A program made the translations under genes and the position numbers. The notes beneath the pieces were generated by a model. The model was given only the letters and a program-made list of their open reading frames with translations, was not told the DNA's origin and did no database searches. A DNA stretch of 63,146 bases, filler included, from Octopus bimaculoides (lineage: Eukaryota), in the NCBI RefSeq assembly GCF_001194135.2. It is 7 parts of 7 records of this genome, joined end to end, with 100 filler letters (N's around TTAATTAATTAA, not from the genome) between each part and the next. Parts side by side here need not be neighbours in the genome. Positions count along the whole stretch, not along the records: positions 1 to 11,658 come from NC_068983.1; positions 11,759 to 36,594 come from NC_068992.1; 5 more parts are not named here. One strand, written 5' to 3'. The first letter of the stretch is position 1; each line of letters starts with the position of its first letter. Shown in pieces: positions 11,319-24,530 of this stretch.

Positions 11319-11658
11319 TACAAATATATATGTATACATACATACAGAAGATTGACTTACACACATATATTATTAATTATAAACACATATTATACATATA
11401 GTATATATATATATCATTATAAACAGATATGTATATATCACGTGTGTTTATATAACTATATAATTATTTCTGTATAAACATGTATATATGCACTTGTGTA
11501 TGTATGTGTATGTGTACATATATCTATATATCTACATCTCTCTCTCTCTCTGTCTCCCTCTCAATATATATATATGTATGTATATATATATAAATCTATT
11601 TGTGTGTGTATGTATATTATGTATGTATGTATGTATATATATATATATATATATATAT

Positions 11659-11758
11659 NNNNNNNNNNNNNNNNNNNNNNNNNNNNNNNNNNNNNNNNNN
11701 NNTTAATTAATTAANNNNNNNNNNNNNNNNNNNNNNNNNNNNNNNNNNNNNNNNNNNN
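11659..11758. other. Assembly linker (44 N + TTAATTAATTAA + 44 N)
   Basis: Identical 100-nt construct occurs six times; the 12-mer puts stops in all six frames. Confidence 0.95.
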
Positions 11759-11852
11759 TGATCAATAATTGATCTTTACAGCCGTATGAGCCCTTGCAGC
11801 ATCCCTTCTGCTCTTCTGGAAACAGGTTGTTATTTTCCAGGTGTTTACTCAA

Positions 11853-11938
<86 letters not shown>

Positions 11939-12114
11939 TACTAATGATAATAATAATAATAATATCACCATTACCTCTGGTTACCTACTCTAAACTAAGA
12001 CGTAGAATTTATGCGTACGTTGTGAAATACATTTTGAAACAAGGCGCATTTTTCTTCAAACATGTCCAAGAAAAAAACCGTCCAAACCGAGGTTTGTCAG
12101 TTCACTTAAGTTGA

Positions 12115-12190
12115 GAGATTAAAGTTAATCGACTGGATATTGTTGTCAAAACAACCAAGAAAGGAAGTGCTTCTTAACTGATGTATCTCT
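12115..12190 (+). mobile_element. Small relic of an RLE (restriction-like endonuclease) non-LTR retrotransposon
   Basis: Reads EIKVNRLDIVVK, then after a frameshift KCFLTDVS. This resembles the RLE motif I.ANRPDIVV.D....C.LIDVS. Confidence 0.5.
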
Positions 12191-12854
12191 TTTCAATTTA
12201 AAGACTATGTATAAAACACTTGGATACATTTCCAAACTATAAATGTCTGAGTGAAACGTAGATGTTTATTGGGACTGTAAAAGAGGACAGTCTTTATAAG
12301 AGCAAATGATTTACAAATTAATAAAATAAATGCAGACGAGCGTATAATCAAAGCATCAGGAATCTCATATTTACACAATATTAAGAATATTCACTAACAC
12401 ATACTGGTCTTATGATACGGAGTGTACTTCATTATACACCAACCCACAAAGAAAAGAAACGCGTACATACAATCGAAAACAGCACTTTATATCCTGAGGA
12501 ATCACGGATATGTTTACGCTTTTGCACTGAGAACACAAACGGTACTGTAGAATGTATTATTAATGACACAGCCCGCATTCTGTACAGATATTCTCAAGTT
12601 ACCTATAAGGATAGATATAAGCACGTTCTAGGAAATTGCTGTACTTAGAGTCTAACCAATTTTTAAGGTATTCTCTAAGATTATTTAAACTTGATGTTCC
12701 AAATATCATGCATGTTGTCTAGCAAATACATAATTACCGTGTATGAAAGCCAGACTCTTCATGTACATCAGAATTAATAATATAAGTTACATAACGATAA
12801 TGAAATAAAGGGGCAAGGACAAAAGGTACAACAACAAAAGTAGTATTGTCATTG

Positions 12855-13200
<346 letters not shown>

Positions 13201-13909
13201 AAAAATAAGAATATAATTTAAAAACAACAAAGCGTATCTTTAAAATGGCGCATATCAATTGAAACTATCTAAAATATATTCCACAAACATTGTGCATTGG
13301 AAAACTACTTGTAATAGAATTATTGAAAAGCAGAGAAAAAAATAAATTAAATACACGCAACATCACATAATATAATAATCGATTTTAAATCTGAAATAAA
13401 ATGTTTTAGCTTTCAACCGGAGAATTTGATTTAAAAAAGAAATACAGAACCAATACACTCAGACAACTACATGCAACTACTTCAGACTGGAAAATTAATC
13501 TTAGCCTGATGCATTTAGTGCTACAGATGTTGCTGCTACCGATCTTTATATTGCAAATAGAACACTAACAAAAGTAATACTGTAACAATGCTGTTGTTAT
13601 GCTGATAACTTTCTGCAGTATTATTATTCTAAATATAATTAATTATTACATTTTAAATTTTAGCAGTAGTATTCGGAGTAGGTTTATTGGAAGAATTAAT
13701 ATTATTATTTAAAAAAATGGAGGAGCGGAGGTGGGTTTGTAGTAGTAGTATTATGGGTATTATTGTGTCACAATAACCTCCCTCGTAATGTTCTACTTAA
13801 TTATATCAATACATTGTTTTTCTTCGAGTTTCAAAACCAATACCTCACTGGTCAAATGACATTTCTCTTCACTCATTTTCGTCTAGCACAACAACGGAAT
13901 ACTACTTAC

Positions 13910-14067
<158 letters not shown>

Positions 14068-14105
14068 AGAAGTCAAACATAAAATAATAATAATAATAGA
14101 AATTA

Positions 14106-15053
14106 TCTGATTTGCATGGTAGATTCCCAAAGATAGTTGCAGTAAATAGTAATAGTGAGAAAGGGTTATTGTTGTAGAAAAGAAGGCTGAAGGCAGAGAC
14201 AATAGGTTTGTTAGTAGCTGCACAAGACCAAGCATTAAGGAATAATTGGATAAAAGCCACAATAGGCAATTCCAAGTAGATTTCCAATGTAGATTATGCT
14301 AATCAAAAGAAGAATGTGTTACTCATATAGTTAGTGAATGTAGCATGCTGGCACAAATAATACAAGAAAGGACACGACAATCTAGGGAGAGCAACCAACT
14401 GGCAGCTAGGTAGAAAGCTAAGATTTGAACATACTGATAAATGGCATGAAGAGGAACCTAATAAAGTACTAGAAAGTAAGAAATAAAAGATGTTGAGGAA
14501 CTTTAACATTCAGACTGACAAATTAATAGAAGCTAGAAGGCCTGATTTGTTAGTAGTAGATAAAGAGAATATAATATGCCAGATAATTGACTTTACAGTC
14601 CTAAATGATGGAAAATATTAATATGAGAAATATAGAGAAAATAGTTAAGTACCAGGAGCTAGTTATTGAATTACAGAGACTACGGAAAGTGCAGGTAAAA
14701 GGTATCCCAGCAGTTATAGGTGCATTAGGAACTATCCCTAAATCTCTGAAATAATAGATAGAGATGAGCATAAAATCCAATTTAGTACAGATGCAGAATA
14801 CATTGTTATTAGGGACATCAAGGATACTTAGCAGGGTTCTTGGCATCAAAGATTACTTGCTGTAACCCAATATGTGTGTTCTTTGCATCTAACGCTACTT
14901 TCAGATTCTGCAGGACTAGCCGAACAGAATCAGCAATAAATAGCCTCCTATGAATTACCGTTGCTCCCTGTAGACGCTACCGAATCCGACCCCGACATCC
15001 GGATCTTAGGATTCTTTTCTTTTCCAACAGTCTAATCTGTTGAGTGTGTATGA
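14106..15053 (+). mobile_element. 5'-truncated R4/Dong-like RLE non-LTR retrotransposon (C-terminal ORF relic plus 3' UTR)
   Basis: With stops and frameshifts it reads LHGRF...LKAETIGLLVAAQDQAL...CRLC..KEECVTHIVSEC (CCHC knuckle)...RHD...KWHEEEPNKVLE...IQTDKLIEARRPDLLVVDKE...IIDF...EKIVKYQEL..EL.RL...PAVIGALGTIPKSL...LLLGTSRILSRVLGI. Flanked by (TAA)n/(AAC)n. Confidence 0.9.
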
Positions 15054-15069
15054 ATAACAATAACAATAA

Positions 15070-15285
15070 TAACCCTTTCTACTGAACGCACAATGCTGAA
15101 CAATTATTGGGGAGGGGACTAGTCGATTATATCGACACCAGTGTTTCACCGGTACTCAATTTATCGACCCCGAAATGTTGAAAGGCAAAGTCAACCCTGG
15201 AAAAATTAAACTCGGAAGGTGGCACCTGGCGAAATACCGCTAAGTATTTCGCCCGGCGTGCTAACAATATTGCCAGTTTGCCAAC

Positions 15286-15288
<3 letters not shown>
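15070..15288 (-). mobile_element. SINE family B copy
   Basis: ccctttctact...tagtcgattatatcgac...atttatcgaccccgaa...gaaataccgctaagtatttcgcccggcgtgctaac; embedded in (AAT)n. Confidence 0.9.
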
Positions 15289-15325
<37 letters not shown>

Positions 15326-15374
15326 CAACAACAACAACAACAACAACACCAACAACAACACCAAAACCATCAAG

Positions 15375-15580
15375 GACAACCATTTATATCATTGACACAA
15401 AGCCTGATATTTTGATGCATGTTGCTAGTCCATTATATCGATACAAGAGCGCAACTGGTATTTATTTCATCGACCCCAAAGAATGGATCTAAGCGAAACT
15501 TGAACTCCGAATGTAATGGCGGGCAAAAGTCGTCAGGCATTTTGTTCAGTGTGCTAATAGTTCTGTCATCTCTGCCACAA
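15375..15580 (-). mobile_element. SINE family B copy (older)
   Basis: gcgcaactggtatttatttcatcgacccc...ttgaactccgaatgt...gtgctaatagttctg. Confidence 0.75.
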
Positions 15581-16927
15581 ATGTTTCTAATATTGATAGG
15601 AATAGAGGGTTATTATGAAGTAGCATCATAGTGTTTAGAAAGTGGTAGTAGAAGATAACTGGAAAAATTTACATCAAAACAAAAATCAAAATTCTAAATG
15701 TAGTAAAATTATCATAGCCAGCATAAAATGTGCATAAATAGAAGAATAATAGGCTGCCACAAATGATTGAAATATTTCGAACAAAAAGCAGTAACATGTA
15801 TGTCCCTGTTTAGCTGCTTAAGATCAATCCCTAGACTATAGAAACAAAATAGGTGGCTGGGATCAAATGTAAACTCTGCAACTATTAAAATGAGATATTT
15901 GGTCACCTTACTTCTGACTCACTGTCATTGGTATAGGATATTCACAGCTACGAAAAACACGGCAACTAGGATCTTCGGAAAATATCTTAACAGCAATAAC
16001 TGTGATGCTCTCAAGTTGTTTACCCTCCATACAATATAAACGTGACCTGATTATGACAGTCTGTGAATTTTCCCCACAATCTGATACTAAAATCTTAGCA
16101 GACTGCGAAGGTGAAAATTACAGGTTTGGGAACGAACGGTCCTGTTCTGTCAAAATTTCACTTTTGTCATAATGTAACCAGAAATATAAAAATTTTAAGG
16201 AATTTGTAGTGGAAAAGATTTGATTAAAAAGCAGAATTTTCATAGCGTTGAAGAAAACTACAAACTGACTCACAAATGCGCAAGGTTATTCAAAAATATA
16301 ACATGTATCTAACACAGCTAATCACATAATGCATCGTACGCAACAATTTTGAACTTAATACCACAACAACTTACGCAGTAAAAGTTCTTGACCACTCCCC
16401 AAACATACGCTACACAGTTACTATCCCAAAACAAAACGTGATATATATAAAAAGTCAGAAACCAACGAAGGTCGTTGTAAGTAGGAGTTATTTTGGTGAG
16501 AAATTACAGTCACATATGCCTCAACTTACAATATCGATAAATCAAAAAATACGATGGAGAAGCCAAGTTATCTTGGCCTATATTTGATTGCAGTAGATGA
16601 TGAAGAATGCATCTGTCGGCTGATATGACAATCTTGATGGTTTCAATAATGAACAGCCTATCAGCTTGATTTAACATACAAACTCAATTAAAGGAATACA
16701 ATCAGAACATAATTAGCAAGAGAAAGTAATCAGGTCACCATATATTGCATCATCCTATAACTAGTGCAGCGTTTTCAGTTGCATAAACTAAAAGTCGGCG
16801 GGGGACGGGTTAAAATACCTGCATTAACTTGCGGTAAAAGCAGGTAGTAATTTTACCTAGTTATTATTCGTAGTGCAAGGTTTGAAGAGTGCAGTTCCAT
16901 TTTAACAATTATCTTTTCAAAGCTATG

Positions 16928-17143
16928 ATGGAAATGACAAAAGAGCATATTCGACAAAGAGCATATTCGCATATGAGTTCAATAAAGGCAACAAGTCAAC
17001 GGAAAGTGCGAGGAATATTCATGCAGTATATGGGGATCGGACAATAAGCGTAAACCAGTGTCAACAGTGGTTCAAGAAATTCAAAGCTGCAGACTACAAC
17101 CTAGAAGTATAACAAAGCCGCGTTATTTATGGTATGACCCAAA
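16928..17143 (+). mobile_element. Mariner transposon relic: N-terminal HTH joined directly to a TIR-like end
   Basis: Reads MEMTKEHIR, then after a local duplication/frameshift YEFNKGNKSTESARNIHAVYGDRTISVNQCQQWFKKFKAADYNLE, typical of the mariner/SETMAR first HTH. The reverse complement of 17117-17142 (TTGGGTCATACCATAAATAACGCGGC) resembles a mariner TIR. Confidence 0.8.
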
Positions 17144-18080
17144 ACAAATATATGCGAAACCTTATTGCTACAGACTTCGGAAAAACAGCCCGGATATTTT
17201 TGTCTGTGTCAACGAGGAAAGAATTGCTTTGTCATTGAAATCAGAAATAGACTAAAGATTTCTGGGAACTATACGTGTATTTTTGGAGTTATTGTCTGCA
17301 TAATATCTTATATTCTACTTTTCCGATTCTTCCTTTCAGTTAAAACTGAAGTGATTCTTATTTCAACACATGCACCTAATGACGGTTTTAACATAATATC
17401 ATTGTAATTGCTATGTTTCTGAATTTCCAACGTTCAATATTTCCTGGATAAAAATGAAATTTTTAGGACATGCATGTTCATGTAGATTCAAGAGACCACA
17501 AGTGATGGTTCTGAAAACAGAGCTTGCGATCTCTTACCAGTTTGCCACGAATATGACGAGCCACGAGTCTAAATCCTCATACATGCCCATTACCGCTATC
17601 TTACTAATTTCCATATATTGCGTAGCGGTCAGTTTATTTCTTGTGTCCACCTGCTTGTGGCTCACTTAAACTTTGTGTCAAATTCAGTAAATCGGACGAA
17701 GCGCTAACACGACTTTTATCTGTTAAACTCGATGAAAGCTAACAATGTGGTATGACATGGACAGGACACATGGCCTATGCCTACCCGAGAAAATGCAGAA
17801 GCATCCAATTGCTCATATGTTTGTGAGTGTCTATGATATTCATAATCGGAACAGGAACGAAAATGCAAATTGCCAATATAAGAATTAATTTCACTACAAT
17901 GAAAAACAGAGAAGTGAAAAATCCAACTATTCACTGTCAATTAAATACTATATATGTGTATGCATACATACATACATAATTGCATACATAAATACATACA
18001 TACATACATACATGCATACATACATGCGTGCATGCATACATACATACATACACACATACATACATACATACATAAGAATG

Positions 18081-18111
<31 letters not shown>

Positions 18112-20084
18112 GCGCACACACATACACACATATAGACGCATTCACTCACATACCTGTTTGTGTGGTGTTTTGTAAATGTCACTGCAAAATTCAGAACGTT
18201 GCTTTTAATATCTCCATGACAAAAATATACAAGGTAAGGGTAAAATACATTCTTGTTACTATAGTGACATTTACGGAACGACAAACATTGAATAGATAAT
18301 TTCGAAACGATAAACAAATATGAAGTCATATAAATTATAAATTCTGAATACGAGGAAAGGAATTCATGCCATTTTATTCTCCCATTAATGTGTTTTATGT
18401 AAGAAAGTATTAAAATATTACATCTGAATGTTGCATAATATAAGTAACCAAATATATATTTAGAATATATATTTCCCATCATAAAACACTATTTATGGAA
18501 CCAATCAATTTGCACGTATTCTAACTGAAAGGAGCATAATAACCAAGTATAATTTTACCAAGATATGAGAGGTAAGAAAATATGTAGCTGGTGATCTCTA
18601 CACTAAATTTTAATAAATGTCAAATTATCATTTAGAATTGAAAAGAAAATATTTTTCATGTTTCTCAGCATAATAAATTTCGACTCATAAAGGAATTAAA
18701 TGCATAATAATATATATATAAACTACTCATATAATATATATGTATATGTAATTTTGTGTTTGTGAGTGTATGTACAGAAATAGACACATATGGTTGCATG
18801 TACACAACACACATTCATGCACGCACAATCATACACGTATACATATATATATATGTATAAACTCGCATCTGCCAATGTACAAAAGAAAGAACGACTAAGT
18901 GAGTTTGAAATGATTTATGCAAATGAATTATCATTTCTTAAAATCGAGCCAAAAGGAATGCATTGAACAAACCTAGATTAATGTATATTAATTATTCATA
19001 TATTCCTTTTCACAGATGTTTAAAAGATAACTCTTTGGTGGGTGATTATACTGAAATATTTATGTCATTTGCGTATTAAAAAAAATTATAGCATTTTTAA
19101 AATTCTACTTTTCCCGTTACTCACTATCATATTCTTCGTCTTTTTTATATATGCTTCTGCTTTTCGCTTCTTCTTTTTTTTACTTTTTCTTATTCTTCTT
19201 CGCTTTCTTATTTGCCATCGTAGAAGTAGAAATTGTTTTCTTCTTCTTCTGTTTTAGTGACCTTAGTGAAGGAATGACTAAGATCGATGCCTCAGGATAT
19301 TATTAGCCGAAATTATTTCATGTGGAGCCAAGCTCTCTTAAAGTTCTCCAAGTAATGCTTTGAAGAGGATGTTAATGGTGGAAAAGGTGATGCGGATTTC
19401 AATTAAATTTTATAAAAGGGAAATGATGCTGCGAAATTGATTTGGCTTACTGAAAATGCATCTATAATTTCACGGCAAGAACTGAGAAACAGCTTTTCCG
19501 TTTGGTGTATCAGAATAACTTTGCTGTGTATTTGATTGCTTCATTATTCCCCCTGAATTGTGACCCTTCCAATTTGAGGCTCCTTTCTCACCATTCTTCT
19601 GTTGTTCTCAGCTCATTGTAGTCTATTTCATTATTATCACTTCACCATTTTAAAAACTTTCTTCACCTTGCTCCTAATTAGTTGATCTCGACTTCGTCTT
19701 CTCTTGTTTGTGGTTTCTATTATCTTGCACTGTTCTACTCTGTGACTGTTGCCAATAACTTAAGTCCCTTATATAATTGTTATTTTGAATATTATTGCAG
19801 TCGTCATTGTTGGTGTTTGTGTTATTGTAGTAATTTATTACTTTATGATCTACTAACAATACTACTTCATGGACTACTTCGTCTTATGCTACCTGAATTG
19901 AAACTGCTTTTTCCAATGACGGTTTATACTATTCAAAAATCTAAAGATTTAACTTAGAGGCATGTATTTGGACGACAAGCAAATAAATGCATTCATGAGT
20001 AATTTACCTAAGTATCCCAAATTGATCCTTAATAATACAGGTGCGATCACTAGATTTGTTTTTTCACAGGGGTTGTATTCGATA

Positions 20085-20245
20085 ATATGTACTCTAGTAC
20101 TCAACTGGTACTCATTTTATCGACCATAAACAGAGAAAATGCAATGTTGGCGTCAGAGGAATATGAATTCTGAATGTGAGTTCGGGAAACATGTCACTAA
20201 GTATTTTTCTCGTCATCCTGACCATGTTACCAGCTCACCACTCTC
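20085..20245 (-). mobile_element. Highly degenerate SINE family B copy
   Basis: agtactcaactggtactcattttatcgacc...ctaagtatttt...ccagctcacc. Confidence 0.55.
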
Positions 20246-21820
20246 AGTATTCCCAAATAGCTGTTTCTGTTGTAAGCACAAGGCATGGAATTTTGTGGGA
20301 ACGGGATGGACAAATACAGTGGGAGCATTTCTTGACTGGAATATTGAAAACCAATGGATGCAGGGCTATTTAATACTAAAGATGCAAATAAACATTACAC
20401 TGGTGCGAGAAGAATTTTATTTAGCAGATTTCTTTACAAGTAAAAGAAAAGTATTTTTAAAGGAAATCTAGAATGTATTTTACATTTTTAAATAGAATTC
20501 AGTTTCAATTATAGTAACAATATAAAACGATTAGTTTATATAGTAGGATTCAATTAAATTGTTGAATTCAAAAAGTTATTCGCTTAGCATTACTTATGCC
20601 ATTAAATACTTGAATGTAATACGAATCTATGCATTTGTGTAGTACATTGTTGCAAACGGTTTAGACCATTACATTTTATATTTTTTACCTTTTAATCTGT
20701 TTACATATTTATAAATGAAAGGCGTTTAATGAATATATCATGTGGATTAAACGATGTTTTCTTTTTTTAATTGTGGTTATATACTAAAATTGTATAAATA
20801 TAAGCTTCATCAGCAAATAAGTATTCAAGTCATTGAAAATGTAATCTTGTGTCAGCAATGAACGACGTCATGCGCTGGAGGAAATGTATCTAATTGCAAT
20901 TTTAATATCTGAGTGAGTGACAACTGAGATGCTTTCTTATTATCAAAATGAAGAAGACATAAGATAAGCTTGTACAGTGTCCTTATCTTCATATTTTATC
21001 ACTTGAAGTTTTGATTCGTGTATTCTTTTCCTTTATCACGAATATTTCATGAAAAGATATGTTAGCATATATGTTATCATTAAACAAGTAGTTATACTGT
21101 AGTTGCAATTCTTAATTATGTTGTCTGTGATATCATAGATGCTGACGCACTCAGATTTAACAAGGACGCAAGTCATTGACTTTAATTCATTTTGTATATA
21201 TTATTTCTTTGTTTTATCCCCGCCTCCCTAGATGTATGAATTGCACTTCAGCTGCCGTACTCCCAGCAATAATTATTTTGTTTTTACATTACTTATTTTA
21301 ATAATATATTGGATTATTGATAATAACGAGATTATCATTTGCGTCATTGCTGTTTTAAATTTTACTCATGATTCTAGGTGGAAAATTTCGAATGACACTC
21401 ATTTTTGGTGTTCTCTTTATCTTTCATTTTCTCATCGTTTGCTATTTATGGTGAAGTTATATGTGACTTTAGTATATCCTATGCAGCATAGATAAAATTA
21501 CTTCATTCCACTCAATATAAAAAAAAAAAAAAACATGCCGGCAAAATACATTTGTGATGCCTGTTTCAGTGAGCAATCATATCTATCCATAATGTTCATT
21601 ACTACATACAATCTATCTACTATGCTCAGTAGCAGTAACATGTATTTTACATGCTGCTTCTAGCATATGTGTTACTGTGTCATGTTGTTGAAGATTTTCC
21701 TCGCCTAGGCATATTTTCATAATCAATACCTTGCCACAAATAAACATAGAGTGACGCAAACGTACACGCAAGAACACAAAAATATATACATATACGCACT
21801 CTCACACATAGAAACGCAAA

Positions 21821-21823
<3 letters not shown>

Positions 21824-21905
<82 letters not shown>
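21824..21905. repeat. (CA)n microsatellite, about 40 units
   Basis: Direct reading. Confidence 0.95.
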
Positions 21906-21907
<2 letters not shown>

Positions 21908-23349
21908 GTTCCATTATACTTCAAATGGCCGCATTGCATTAGGTTTATACCATGATATATAAGTTGAATCTATGATCTTCCTGTGCATTTTGACGTTACG
22001 TTTCAAGCCTAACTTTAATATTGTTTTTGATATTCGTGCAAGCGTTAGCATCATTTCCGTTGACCAAGGGCCTCCAGAAATTTGCTCTCATATTCTCACA
22101 ATAGAAACTTTTACCAACAATCACTGATATCATTTTATCTCACATTAGACACGGTCTTCTTTATATCATTCTTTCAGTAACATGTGAATTATATCTTTCT
22201 AATACCTTCGTACCGGTTACTTGATATATTTCAGATTTATCTTACGTTAAAATGAAATACTATTTTCAAAGAATCGGTAATACCAATATTACAATAACTT
22301 AGACTCTTACGTATTAAAGTGATCCGCATTTCAGTAGGTAAATGTTTTAATATTTGTAACGGTGAAATTTTCAAGATTGTCACATGTTTATCATAGAGGA
22401 TTTTATTTTTCACTGTACGTTTGAATTCTAAATACTCTCAATATCAATTCTTGGCTTGGTGGCTGACTAGTGTTTACATTCATGCTTCAATCCTATCTAG
22501 TTGTTCCACTAATGTTTGTAAATTTGCCATCTTAGCACATAATGTCTAGCAGTATTAATTATTGAAATTCTTGAAATTACATAATCAAGTTCAGAATTAA
22601 GTATCGTGAATACATCAAGTAAGTATATTTTGATGTATTACGATATGACTGTAGTAGTCGTGACGAAGTGTAATCACATCCATAATACATAGATGTCAGT
22701 GTTTCTTACTTCTTATAATATAAATACATCATATTATCACGTTTACTCCCTAAATACTGTTCTTTATGTGTTATTGATTGTTGATTATGTCAATGTTTTC
22801 TTTTTTCTGGAATCCAAGTTAGAGGTAAATAATGTATAAATGCCCTATAAGTAAAAAAAAAAAAAAAAAAACTTCCAAAGAAAAACAATAAATAAATATT
22901 TCATAGTTATATTTCGTAATTAACCCTCTTTGAAGAAGAAATGTTTCTTGTAGTTTTCAGGTATTTATTACATGGAAAAGGCTATGAGATATACTACATT
23001 TTGACATAGATCTAATATATGAACATAATTATCACAAATATTACGCCGTCATATTCAACGACGTGTAGCATTTATGTGAGATTCGTATGCTACTTTAAAG
23101 TAAATGATATGATGCGCGCAAAAGAGAGGAAGAGAGAAATTTTAAGATAAAGATATTTCTGAATATATAACTAAATATCAGAGGTTTATAATTTGCCTTT
23201 AATATATCCGAGTTGTAGATGTACAATATAGAAACACATATTGGTGTGAATATATTTTCTTTCTTTCTTTCTATCTCTCTTTCTTTCTTTCTATCTTTCT
23301 TTCTTTCTTTCTATCTTTCTATCTTTCTTTCTTTCTTTCTATCTTTCTT

Positions 23350-23388
<39 letters not shown>

Positions 23389-24274
23389 CAGAATCGGAAT
23401 TTTTGCGTTGAGGCCAGCTTTCAAACTAGTATTCTCTTCTAGTAACTAGGAGTCCAACCACAAGAGAGTATATCTCATCTACCATGTGAGAAAACCATCC
23501 TGACTAAACTGAACTGCTCTATACAATCTTTGAAAATAAACATCGTCACTTCTGATGCATCTCAATATACATATATNNNNNNNNNNNNNNNNNNNNNNNN
23601 NNNNNNNNNNNNNNNNNNNNNNNNNNNNNNNNNNNNNNNNNNNNNNNNNNNNNNNNNNNNNNNNNNNNNNNNNNNNNNNNNNNNNNNNNNNNNNNNNNNN
23701 NNNNNNNNNNNNNNNNNNNNNNNNNNNNNNNNNNNNNNNNNNNNNNNNNNNTATATATATATATATATATCCTGCGTTCTGTGCTAATCAAAACAAATTA
23801 ATAAAAGCTTGTTAAAATCGAAAATACTGAATGCCGTGAGAGGAATACATTCTGGTATAAAATGCAAGTGCATCGAGGGCCACGAATTACAATTACTATT
23901 AGAATAATCATACTACGTTAAAGTATAGACTCATTAATTTTAAGTAGGAAGAGAATATATAAATATCACTTGGTCATACGCTTCAAGTGGAAGATAGTAC
24001 ATTTCCTTGTACACATAGACATAAAAAGAAAGATACGTATACACCACACACAATATCCCCCCCCCCACACACACACGCGGGTACACGTACGTAGACATAG
24101 AGACACATACATGCGCGCGCGCACACACACATGCACACATATGTCATAACACCTCTATTGAGAAAGCTGTTGTCTCGCGATATTGTGGCAAGTTAGCCGG
24201 TGAGGGAATGATTTTATACAAATAAATATAATCTGTATTCAGAATGATCATCCACTACGTGAACAAAAAACACA

Positions 24275-24337
<63 letters not shown>

Positions 24338-24359
24338 TTAGGGAGAGAATTCAAAACAA

Positions 24360-24530
24360 AAACCTAAAGAAGAAGACAGGTGGTGTAGACAACAAACAGA
24401 TGTATATAACACTCGGGAAGTGAAACAGTCTTTAACGTTTCGAGTCTACGCCCTTCCACAGAAAGGAACACAGAAAGAAACAAGGAGAGAAAAAAAGAAT
24501 GTGTAGTAGCTAGCGATCTATCATGACGAA
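24360..24530 (-). mobile_element. Penelope-like terminal fragment with hammerhead-like motif (24430-24465)
   Basis: Minus strand CTTT-CTGTGGA-A-GGGC-GTAG-ACTC-GAAAC-GTT-AAAG; homologous to 7380-7545. Confidence 0.5.

Noticed and set aside
11703-11714. TTAATTAATTAA palindrome recurring six times (also 36639, 45810, 51636, 57418, 60691)
   Set aside because: Always centred in exactly 44+44 Ns and encodes stops in all six frames. It is an artificial scaffold linker, and synteny across it should not be trusted.
13572-13628. Hairpin containing TAATACTG (miR-8/200 seed)
   Set aside because: The seed lies on the wrong arm, the rest does not match miR-8, and the stem is irregular and AT-rich.
17541-17669. 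Possible terminal exon FATNMTSHESKSSYMPITAILLISIYCVAVSLFLVSTCLWLT-stop with a hydrophobic tail
   Set aside because: The acceptor is modest, an alternative frame is also partly open, and there is no recognisable family or partner exon.
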